Below are positions 50,985 to 61,963 of a stretch of 64,000 bases of DNA, piece by piece (position 1 is the first letter of the stretch; each line of letters starts with the position of its first letter). A program made the position numbers and the translations under genes. The notes under the pieces were generated by a model. The model saw only the letters and a list, made by a program, of their open reading frames with translations, did not search any database and was not told the DNA's origin. Source of the DNA: Podarcis cretensis. Lineage: Eukaryota. Location of the stretch: the NCBI GenBank assembly GCA_951804945.1, contig OX638155.1, positions 27,590,001 to 27,654,000 on the forward strand, written 5' to 3'.

Positions 50985-52022
50985 ATGGAGAGCAGGGGTC
51001 CCGCGGTGCTGGGCTTGGGGCAACTGCTAGCTTCCTTCGGCGAGCGCCCGGCGGCTGAGGAGGTCGCCTCGGCTGCGCCATGGCGAGCGTCGGGCAGCGC
51101 GGAGGCGGGAGGAGGCGGCGGCGGCGGCGCCGTCGAGCGGGACTGCGCGGGGGAAAAGAAGCAGGAGCTTCCCGAGGAGGCGCTTCTGGAGTTGCGCCGC
51201 CGCCGCCGCCGCGGGCGCTCGCTCTCCCTGCCGGCCAGCCCGACGCTGGCGGCCGCGCGGCTCTTCCCGCGGGGCCGCCTCGAGGGGGACAGTGACGGCG
51301 ACCAGGACGACGAGGAGGACGGACGGGGGGCGTCGGCGTCGGGGGGCGGCAGCGGCAACTGCTGCACCAAGTGCAAGAAGCGGGTGCAGTTCGCCGACTC
51401 GCTGGGCTTGTGCCTGGCCAGCGTGAAGCACTTCAGCGCCGCCGAGGAGCCGCAGGTGCCGCCCGCCGTCCTGTCCCGCCTGCAGAGCTTCCCCATGCGC
51501 CAGAAGGACTTCGAGGAGTTCAGCGCCGCCCTGGCGGGCCTGGGCGCTTGCGCCGCGCCGGCCTTGCGCCCGCTGCACTTGCCTCAGGCGCTCCAGTTGG
51601 CGCCGCCGCCGCCGCCGCCGCCGCCGGACGGGCCCGGGCGGCTGCAGGGCCAGCGCGTGTGCCTGGAGGAGGCGACGGGCACGGCTCTGGCCGGGGCCCC
51701 CACAGACGTGCGCGGCGTGGTGAGGGTGCTCAGCTGCCCGGGCCCCAAAGAAGTGACGGTGCGCTACACCTTCAACGAGTGGCTCTCCTTCTTGGACACC
51801 CCCGCGGCGCCGCTGCCCCCGCCGCCCGCCGACCCCCCGGAGCCCTGCAGCCCCGTCGAGCGCTACCAGTTCACCCTGTGCCTCCCGCCCGGTCTGCAAG
51901 AGGGCACGGCCGTGCATTTCGCCATCTGCTACCGCAGCCAGCAGGGCGAGTACTGGGATAACAACGGCGGGGCCAATTACACCCTTAGCAGCCCGGAAAA
52001 ACCCGCGCCACCCTTTTATTGA
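50985..52022 (+). CDS. PPP1R3G: Protein phosphatase 1 regulatory subunit 3G (glycogen targeting), intronless, 345 aa
   Basis: CCTKCKKRVQFADSLGLCLASVKHF with RVxF PP1-docking motif (51381-51392); EEPQVPPAVLSRL; CBM21 motifs VRYTFNEW and YWDNNGGANY; syntenic with RPP40. Confidence 0.97.
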   Translation: MESRGPAVLGLGQLLASFGERPAAEEVASAAPWRASGSAEAGGGGGGGAVERDCAGEKKQELPEEALLELRRRRRRGRSLSLPASPTLAAARLFPRGRLEGDSDGDQDDEEDGRGASASGGGSGNCCTKCKKRVQFADSLGLCLASVKHFSAAEEPQVPPAVLSRLQSFPMRQKDFEEFSAALAGLGACAAPALRPLHLPQALQLAPPPPPPPPDGPGRLQGQRVCLEEATGTALAGAPTDVRGVVRVLSCPGPKEVTVRYTFNEWLSFLDTPAAPLPPPPADPPEPCSPVERYQFTLCLPPGLQEGTAVHFAICYRSQQGEYWDNNGGANYTLSSPEKPAPPFY

Positions 52023-53143
52023 CACCGACGAGGCGCCCGTCAGCTTGCCTTCCTCGGTTGCCAGAGAACCTCGGAGCAAGAAGCCAGCTGTGCTTTGCCT
52101 CCCACCGCGTGCTTTACAGCCTTCCGAGCCCCGCGACATCCAGGAACTGCCATCACTCACTCACTCAGCCTTACCTTTGTGCCTTCCACCCCAATCCTTT
52201 GGAAGCGGATCGGGGTGGCCAGCCGTGCCTTTGCACTTACATTAGCCTCGCTGCAGTCAGCCTAGTTCAAGTTGGAGCAAAGGAGAAGCCTTGTAGGGCA
52301 TCAAGTGAGAAGGAAATGTGGAAATCAGGGCCTGACAATGGGAGAGAGAAGGACAAAGCAGCAACCTGAATGTTACCTGCTTTCTGCTCCAGGCAAACAC
52401 TGAAATGACCTGGTGTCTATAACTGGGGGAGTGACTGATGCTGTGAAACATCCTTTTTTGTGGGGGGAAGTATGCCCCTCTGGAGCTAGAGAGTGGAGTT
52501 TCTGGAAGCTTGCAAGAGGTGGGGTGGGGGACCATTTCTGACCTGTGCCTTCCCTTATTCTTGTACAGGAAATGACCTGTGAAAGCCAAGAAGGATGTAA
52601 TTGAATTACAAAAGTCTCTCTGAGAACCAAGCAAACAGAGCTGTTCAAAATACACATGCACAGCTGAGTACTTCCCTGTTACAACTTGAATACCAAGCCT
52701 TTTCTTTATAATAAACTAGAGGCACTTTGTCTTCCACCAAAGGGATAATGTGCTCTTATTTTTGTAACACAGATGGGGAAGGACCTTTTGGCAGAAATCT
52801 TAACAGATATTGGCCAGGGGCTTGACGAAGAGGGGTTTTTTTGGTCTGTTTTTGAAAAAGGGAACTTTTGTGGCTACTTGTTTTTGTTTTTGTTTGCACT
52901 GGTGATTTTAGTCTTGGTTCCAGTCACACAGGTCTACATAGCATGTTAAGAAATTCTCACTTAAAGCACAACACATATGGGCTTTCAAGGTCTAAGAAGG
53001 TGTGAAATGTCTGTCTACTAGAAAATCTGCACTGGGATGTAATAGCCTTTTAGGAAAGGTGTTAAGAGTTGCCATCCATCTATCTAAGTTCTGTGACCAA
53101 ATGAAAATAAAGTCAGAGCTCCAGAACTTGCTGTAGCTGTGTA

Positions 53144-53504
53144 AAAGGTAAAGGTAAAGGTACCCCTGCCCGTACGGGCCAGTCTTGACAGACTCTGGGG
53201 TTGTGCGCCCATCTCAAGAGGCCAGGGGCCAGTGCTGTCCGGAGACACTTCCGGGTCACGTGGCCAGCGTGACATCGCTGCTCTGGCGAGCCAGAGCCGC
53301 ACACAGAAACGCCGTTTACCTTCCCGCTGGTAAGCGGTCCCTATTTATCTACTTGCACCCGGAGGTGCTTTCGAACTGCTAGGTTGGCAGGCGCTGGGAC
53401 CGAGCAGCGGGAGCGCACCCCGCCGCAGGGATTCAAACCGCCGACCTTTCGATCGGCAAGTCCTAGGCGCTGAGGCTTTAACCCACAGCGCCACCTGCGT
53501 CCCC
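53144..53504 (-). mobile_element. Sauria SINE, young subfamily
   Basis: Nearly identical to 45833-46196; 15-bp TSD TGCTGTAGCTGTGTA (53129-53143, 53505-53519). Confidence 0.92.
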
Positions 53505-56500
53505 TGCTGTAGCTGTGTAGAAGAGGGAATTTTGGCCGGTTTGGGTTTTCCTGCTGAAATTCATCCTTCTCCACAACTATTGGAAGTTCTGGAGCCCCGC
53601 CTTCCTTTGCATCCAATCCCGCTTATGTTTGCTCCCTGCTTCTGGCTGGATTGTAGCCGCTGCGAACACACAGAATTAAGCTTTTTGCAAACAGTGGACA
53701 CGCACTTCAGGGTTTTGCAAAAGTTGATGCATGCATGTGGTGGCAGCTGCATGTATCTAGCTGGTAGTGAGGAAGGCAAGCAGGATTAAATAATAATAAT
53801 CCTTAGCTGGACTACTGCATAGCTGTTGTGTGGATCATCTTCCTTGGTGTGTGCAGATTGACTACTAGGTGCTTTAAAATGTAAACCCACTCAGTATCCC
53901 TGAAGTTTCTCTTGAGATGACATTACCTGTGGCAATAGCTGCTGAGAGAGCAAGTAACTTTCTTGTGTGATCCTCTTCCTCTGGATGTCCCATATCTGTA
54001 ACTTGGTTGAGTCCTTTGAAGGGCTTCTTACTTTGAAACTTAATGCACTTTTACAACCCTAAATGGTTTAAAAAAACCAAAAACCCACAAAAGCTAGCTG
54101 CAGCCTTGCTACGACTCAGGCTGTGAAGTGTTTAGTAGGAGCAATCATTCTGGGAAATTAGCTGCTAAAACAGGAACAACTTGATGACCACTTAATTGGT
54201 GTCTTTGGGACTACTATTAACTAAAGTGGCCGCTGAATAGCACCTTTAGAAGCCTGTCTAGCAGTCAAATTGTATTAAGGTCTCCTCTCCAGTCATGATA
54301 AAATGGTCTAATGACTAAAAGTGACAATTAATTGATTTGCCTTTCAAGGGCAAACTCATTTCTTAGCACGTTCTTTCTTACAGTATTCACTTTCTATAAC
54401 TTGGAGTGGTAGGCTCTTTCCTGCCTGGGATTTGGGGAAAATATTGCTGGCACCATTTCCGATATTTGTACTTTTCTTCACCCTTCATAAGGGTGTCAAC
54501 CTTAGCATTCTCTTCTCAAGTAAGGTGACTCAGTAGGTCAGTAGTATGAAACATCTGCTGTGTTGTACCTTGAGGGATCCTGTATGGGTTTGTATGAATG
54601 CAGTAGACTGGCATACCCTCCAAGGTGAAGGGAGATGTGAGCAGGGGTAAACTTTGCAGAGCCATGTTTGGGTTTATATATGCCTCACTTTGTCCAGAAG
54701 CCTCACCTTAAAGGTTGCTTTAGGAATGTATCTCTAGGAGATTAAGGGACACTTAGCATTGTAATGAACATGGGGTTTGTGGTGTGCACACATCAGTCTA
54801 AAGGTCTTGCCCAAGCATGGCTCCCAAGCGCCACACATGCAGCGTGTTTTCAGAAGCTTGTCCCTAATTAAGTTTTATTCCCGCGACACTGCTCTTCCCT
54901 GTTGTGTATGTAGCAGTTGAGAATTCCGTAGCTCAGTGGTACGCAATTGGTGGCCTGTGGACCCCAAGAGGTCCACTTAACCACCCACCCAGGGTGTGGT
55001 TTGTCGCACCATTCGCATAACAAAACCTATCACAGAGGTATCAAAATTTTCAAAAGTAAGGGGTCCATGGCTTGGCTTTTGAAAAACAGGTGGTCCACAG
55101 TACTTAGTTGATTGAGAACCATTGCCCTAGCTGCTTCTTGGTGCACCAGCTACGCAGAACATAATCCTACTGGGCTTAATATAACTTTACAAAATAATAA
55201 TTTGGATTCTTGTTTGGAAATTTTATGATGTGTTTAAAGTGGTAAATGGCTGCTCTTCCCCCTTCATTTTTTATTTTTTAAACGGAGAAGCTGACTGTGA
55301 CTCCTACTGTAACCTTGGACTCTGCAGTTGATAACTGTTGGGGACAAAAGTTAAAATGTAGTTGAAGCCTTCCAGTTGCAGGGCAGTGGGACAGAAATGT
55401 AGGGTGTCTCTGTGTACATGCCAAGAGCAACACTGCCTTTCAGTGTACTTCGAAAAATACTGCTTTCCTCCAGCTAGAGTAGCAGTTTTCTCAACATTTT
55501 GGAAGAACTCGTTCTGGTCACTTTTTGAAAAAAAATATTATATTGCAGATGCAGAGAAACCCTGCGGGGTTTCTATTTTTATTTTAAAACTAGTTTCCAA
55601 AATGTATTAAATTAAACGTAGCAATGAATAAGCAAGCACGAGTGCACAAATTCTCCTGAACACCACACGTTCCTTTTCCTTGGATAAAAAACTGATGCCA
55701 TGGCAAAGAGCCCGCAGTGAGTCATAATGCGGTCAGCATAAACTTTGACGCTCCTACCACCTTAAGTGGTAAAGTTGCTAGGTCATGGGGGATGGGGGAG
55801 AATATATATATTTTCCCATGGTACAATTTTTTTTTGTATACCTGAGAGCCAGTGGAAGACATAGGCGAGTGTTTTGTTTATAAAATGTGATACCTTTTAA
55901 AAAAACCCCACAGGGCTTAAATAAGCACTTTTAGAAATGTAAAATTAGGTAGCCTTTGACTTCTTGCCAGCTCAGGTGACTTAGCGTGCCTCTTCCTCTG
56001 CCACCCCCCCCAGGTTTATTTCCATAAACTATTGGGGGGTGGGGAAGAAGCTACCAGTAGTTCGTACCTGAGATATTCAAGAGGGAATGAACAGAGCTGT
56101 TAGCCAATATGTCGGAACTGAAAACTGTCTTGAACAAGATCATTCGCAGCAAGCAAGGAGCAAATCTCTAGCATGCTATTCTGGCAAAAACGGGTAAGAA
56201 CTGGTTTTGCACACTGTAGAGTTCCTCCTGTATTTGCTGTGAATAATCTTGTTGGAACAGCATTCAGAGGAGCCCGAGTTCCTGGAGATATCTGGAATTG
56301 GGCACAGTATTCTAAATATGGATTGCATTCTGCGTGTAAATGATCACCCTCTCCTTCCAGAGGAATGTCAAATATGCTTCTGTTTTTAGTGCCTTTAGAG
56401 GAATATGGGGAAGGGTGAGTTGGGTGGGTGAGTTTTTTTGTTTCTGTTAGACGTGCTGGAGGAATTCTCTCGGTTGCTTTAATAAGCAAGAATTGTAAAC

Positions 56501-58411
56501 CTTGATGAATAAAAATGCCTTTTCCTGTGAGTTAATGAGGTTGCTTGTCTGCTACATATGACTACATCCATTTTTGTCTTCAGTGTAATCTTTCTTGTGT
56601 GTATATCTATCCCATAACTGCTGTACAAACATAACCAGATTGTAGAGGAGAGGAGATTTTCAAGCACCACAACCCTTTGTTCAATAAAGGCTTATTGGGT
56701 TGGCAGCCTTAGATGTTTCTTTTAAATGGGACTCAAATTAAGCAAAGGTTTTGTTTGCTTTCATTTGCTTTTTACCCAAGATGGTTGGTTCTTATTTTCT
56801 TAAGTTAGGACTTCGGTGTTAACAGATGTTGAGACATAGAATGAAATAATGTGACCAATAAACTTCTGCTCCTTCTCTATGCCTGAGTTTGCCAAATTTC
56901 CCAAACATACTGTCTAGTTCCTAAAAGTACATCTCAAGCTCTTTGACTCTTCTGAAATTTGGAGATTTTAAAGAAGTTAACTCTTAAATGTTTAGACTCA
57001 TTTAATGTTTTCCTCTTTTTTGGCAGGTAGAGTTCCAGATGTCTGCATTTTGAGTGCTAGCAGAGCTTACGCTCAACTTTGTGAGTGTGTACCAGGTCTG
57101 GAAACAATAAGAGATTCTGCAGCCATCTGGATTAAAATAAGAAAGAAAAGGAAAATGTGTATTAAGCCAAAACAAATATTGTATATTAAAACTTCAGTCT
57201 GGGTTCTAAAAGATACTGCAGCTGGTTAAAATCTTATTTGAAGTAAGTGGCACCATATAAGTGTCTGTCCTGCAGATGTCCTGAAGCTAAAAGTGCCTTC
57301 AGGGAAGTGCTTTCATTTATCAAAAACAAAAGAAAATACAAAAGTATAGAGACATGCCAGGCGTTTACCCAGAAACTATTAATGCTGTATTGACATTTTC
57401 TGTCATGGTATTATGTCTAAGTAGAGGTTAAGCTGAAAATGGTGATAGCAGTAGGAATGAAGAGGCAAGTGAAAAGCATTATAAATTAGCTTTAGTGTTC
57501 GCCTTTAGTTGCAGGGTTATTTCCATTTTAAACAACTAGATTGTTTATTTTACAGTGCTTAAGGTTGAGTGCAATTTGCCCATCAATTGTAATCTGATCT
57601 TGGCCATGTGTATGAAAGTGACAGGCAAAACTGCTGAATATAGTTAAGACTGTGTAAATTGACTTAGGGCTTTTTATGAGTTTCTGGTGTGGCTTTCTGT
57701 GCCGCTCGCCATTATCACAATGTCAGCAGCATATGGTAAGAAGGAAGAGAAATAAAAATGGATGCTAAACATCTTCGTTTGGGGTGGAACTTGGGATCTT
57801 CTGGCTTATATAGAATCTCTATCTGCCCAAGTAAGCATGTAGGAATGATGTTAAGTTGATTTAAACCATTGATCACACTACTCATACAAGCAAACTATTG
57901 GTGGTTGCCTTTGGATATCAGCCTTCCAGGGCCGTCTTGCCCATAGGTGCTAGGGGTGCGGGGCACCCGGGTGCTGGGCTCTCAGGGGCGCCAGGCTGAT
58001 AATTGAGTCCGGGGAGGAGCTTGCCCATCGGTCAGAGCGCTCTGGCGAGCTCTTCTGCTGTGGGTGGCTCTGTGCTGCGAGTTCGGGGGCCAGCAAGGCA
58101 CTGAGGCGGCCGACTGGCTGTATATTTGTAGCCTCTGGAAAACACAGCACTCCATTGCTCAGGTGCCGGAAAGCAATCCTTTTAAGTTGTAAATTTCATA
58201 GCTCTTCAGATGACAATGTTTAAGTAGATTAAGTCCCCATGGAATTTTGAAATGCTTAAGCAGTGTTCAACAATACTATAGGGAAATTTGGTTTGTACTG
58301 AGTGGAAGCTAAAGTTCAAACTGCCTGCAGTGCATGAACTTAGTAAAAATTGATCTAGGACTGCAGTCTTAACTGCATTCTCTGAAATAAGGTCTCTTGA
58401 AATGGTTTGGA

Positions 58412-58551
58412 ACAGGAGTGGGGAATACCTTTGGCATTCCAGATGTTGCTGAAGGACAGCTGCCCTCAGCTCTGGCAAGCATGGCCAATGGCCAGAGATT
58501 TGGGGAGTTGTAGTTCAGCAACACAAGGAGGGTCTCAAGTTCCGACACCTG
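58412..58551. mobile_element. hAT-like MITE
   Basis: CAGGAGTGGGGAA ... TTCCGACACCTG imperfect TIRs, internal GGGAGTTGTAGT; similar hAT-type ends at 1-57, ~54933-55125 and ~57926-58000. Confidence 0.55.
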
Positions 58552-60733
58552 GTTTTGAGATTGTCACAAATTCTACACTGAATTCCCCAAGTTGCAATAA
58601 ATATTCATTTACCAGTTCCTGAGCTAGGTGCAAAGACATTAACTTGAGTAGCAGAAGCAAGCAAACCTCAGTTTATGGAATTTTATTGGCAAGAAAACTT
58701 GATATAAGCAAATAGTGACACTCAGACATGGCAACACATTGTTATCATCTTACTGGCATATTGAAAGCACACTATGAAAAATTCTGGACAGCTTATGTTA
58801 AGACTTAGTGAACAACGTGGAGAAACAAGACAGCTCAAATATACATAGAGAATACAATATGTTCAAGTAAAAATCTGTGCGTGTTCCAGAATACTGAGGC
58901 TGATCCGCCACTGCTACAGGCAAAGAAGAGTTCATCCACTATCAGACGTTCTGTGGGCATTCGATAATTAACTTCTCCGTTGAATAAAGTTGACCAATGG
59001 TGACCTAAAAATAAAATAAAACAAGTGCTGTAACTTTTTTCACACAGTTTTTCTTACAAGAAAGGAATGATGGAAGCACAAGGAATAAGCCCAAGGTGAT
59101 CATCTGTGCTGTGTTTAGTCTAAAACAGCCTAGCAAAAGCACAAATCATACTTAATGTTTACTGATGTGGAAGCTGCTTCCCTGTTGTGTTTTGGCATCA
59201 CAACTTGGTAAAATAGGTTAGGCAGAAAAAGAGAGAACTTCCTTGTATGTATACTTCATCGTTGAGGGGCTTTTCTAGTAGCAACACTCGTCACTATCAC
59301 ACCAGCTCAGCAGCAGCAGCATAATTAATGTAGTGTATGTTTTACATATTAATATGCAAACAGAACCCCTGTTCACATGTTCAAAAGAATACAGGGGAGT
59401 TTAAACCGAAGATGGGGTGCTGTGCGTTCTGGCTCATCTTCTCCATCCCCAACCATCCTGCATTGAGCAGAAATGTAGAAAGGGGGTTTGGACGTGAATT
59501 TAGTGCTTGCTGCCTTGTGCTTAGAACCCTGAAAATGCAAGGATTCTGCTAAACTTGCAAGCTCTCTTCATACCTTCCTGCTCATTGCTCAGCTCACATG
59601 CTCAGCTCACACAGGTCAACGCTTCCCCTCCACTTCAAAGCCCTTGCACAAAATTTCGAATATATAAATATGGCTACACAACTCCCCGCCCCCAAAATAA
59701 CACATTCAGGCAATCTTTGGTGTTAAAACACACAAGGGGGGCACGGTGCTAGCTTCCCCCCTATGTCACATTTCTATTACTTGCTTTGAATTGGGGGATG
59801 AACTTGTTAGGGGAGCCACCTGTACTGTTGGAGGTTCCGTGTGCTTTAGAACCCTGGAAAACTTGGGTTCTAAGAATTGCAGGGAGCCTTCATCTACAGG
59901 AGTCTCTTTCCTCCTTCAGGAGTTTAATCCTCCAACTTGCTGAGGTCAATGAGGTTGGGGAGGGACAAGGACACAGAGCTGGCTCGCTCATCCCCACAGC
60001 TCACCCTCCCTTGATGTCTCAGCGCTGAAGAAGAATGCCTGAAGAAGGATACTAACACAAATCAACCACGAGCTAGTTTTTCAAAGTCTAGTGGCTTTTA
60101 TGAGGCATCTTTTCAACAGGGCTGTCTCCTTGGGAATCCTATTTTTGCAGAGTGACTGACCTGGCCCAAGATGCACAATAAAACGATTGGGTTTTGGACT
60201 GGGCTATTTATCACGAGGGAAGAGTTACGGCCCATTGTTAAGGCAAGACTGGTTTTCTCTGCAAGGAAGCATTCTGCTCCTTTAGTACCCAGAAATGTCA
60301 ACAGCAGCCTATGAATTACACCAGCAGGCAAAAAAATAATGTTTGTTGCTAACATGCCTATGCAGAAGTCATTTAGCTTCATAACAAGAAATTGATTGTC
60401 AAATCCTAGATACTTGTATTTAAATTGAATGCAGCATCTGTCAAACAATACCATAATAGCTAGTAATTATTTCTGCAGCGAAATTATTACACTCCGCTAA
60501 TGCACTGTATTTTTAAAAATAAATGTGACAAAGATTTGGCTCTTTAAAAACACAGTAATTATTCAGAATGAGAGATCAAGGCCTGCAGCTCAGTGCTGAT
60601 TCTTAAAGAAAAAGCACCTCCACTTGAATTATATTGTGAGTTCTTCAGCATCTATTTGTGCTTCTGCTGCATCCTTATCAAAGTCTCTCTTTTTTGGTCT
60701 CATGGCAGCAAGTGCCTCATTCCATTTCAAATA

Positions 60734-60974
60734 CAGCCGTACCTTGGTTCTGAAACACCTTGTGGGTCTAACATTTTGGCTCCCAAACGCCGCAAACCCA
60801 GAAGTGACTGTTCCGGTTTGTGAACTTTCCTTAGAACCCAAACATCTGACATAGCTTCCAATTGGCTGCACGAGTTTCCTGCAGCCAATCGGAAGCCGTG
60901 CCTTGGTTTCTGAACGTTTTGGAAGTCGAACAGACTTCCAGAACGGATTCTGTTTGACTTCCGAGTTACAACTG
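60734..60974. mobile_element. Tc1/mariner MITE
   Basis: TA|CAGCCGTACCTTGG ... CCGAGTTACAACTG|TA imperfect TIRs; internal GCAGCCAATCGGAAGC. Confidence 0.75.
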
Positions 60975-61149
60975 TACTGTTAAGCTGCATTGTTTAATTG
61001 TTCTCTTCACAAGAAGAATCCAAAGTTCTCCTGTGCTGCATTTTCCCGCGGTTCCTTGCCACTTTCTCAATGACTTTAATGCAGTGCTATTACTTAAAAT
61101 AACTGCTATAGTAGTTCTTCTGACTGCTGTCGTCTGTATTGCTTAGAGG

Positions 61150-61365
61150 AGCAGTGGAGAAGGACGAGGATACTGAGACCTGAGGCCAGGGTTCAAATCC
61201 CCCCCCCCCCGCCATAAAGCTCATTGGGTGACCTTGGGCTGGCCAGTATCTCTCAACCCAACCTACATCACAGAGTTGTGGGGGATTAATTGGGGAGGGA
61301 GAGAGCCATGTAGATCACCTTGAGCTCCTTGGAGAAAAAAGTGGGATATAAATGCAAAAATAAAC
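61150..61365 (+). mobile_element. MIR/Ther1-derived SINE
   Basis: B box GGTTCAAATCC, CORE-like GGGTGACCTTGGG..AACCTAC, L2-type end GGGATATAAAT. Confidence 0.7.
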
Positions 61366-61422
61366 TTTCACAAATCTCAAGTTCTCTTTAAAAAAGGGGG
61401 GTCAGAGTTCTGAATGCATATT

Positions 61423-61963
61423 TATCATGAAGTGGCTGGAGGCACCAGCTGAACGTCCAATGGAAAAAGGCTCAGAGCCCAGGGTTTGGTGGTGGGACAG
61501 TCAGAGAGAGAAGACTGGGAGGGGGAGATGTCAGAAGCCAAAGCGGTAACAGGGTTTAGCAAGCAGGAGGAGTCTGTGGCAGAGAGCAGTCCAGAACCAG
61601 AGGCAGAAGAGGAGGCTGGAGAGGAGGTGGGCCAAGAGGCAGAGATGAGTCAGGCTGGTGAAGAAGCCAAGGGGTCTCCTCCTCCTGCTGTGACCAGCTC
61701 CTCCCAACACAAAGAGGAATGAAGAGGGTGGAGCAAAGAGAGGAAAGACGAAGGAGCCTCAGGTTCCTGTGGAAGGACCCGGGGAAGGAGGAGTTATAGA
61801 GAGTGGTGGGGACCTTCAGTCCTCGCAACTGCCTCATTGGGGCAAGACCTGCTGGGATGAGTTGCTACGCTCACTAGGCGTGGCCTCCTGAGCTGACCTT
61901 GCTTCCTTGAATAAAGAGTTAACTTCAGACACCATCTGATTTATTACTGACCTGCTCCTGACA
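61423..61963 (+). mobile_element. Solo LTR (Gypsy-like), 541 bp
   Basis: Termini TATCA (degenerate TGTCA) ... TGACA; 5-bp TSD ATATT (61418-61422, 61964-61968); AATAAA at 61910-61915. Confidence 0.75.

Noticed and set aside
51027-52160. 377-aa antisense ORF and other long ORFs overlapping PPP1R3G
   Set aside because: Shadow frames of a very GC-rich CDS with few stop codons; low-complexity translation with no recognisable domain.
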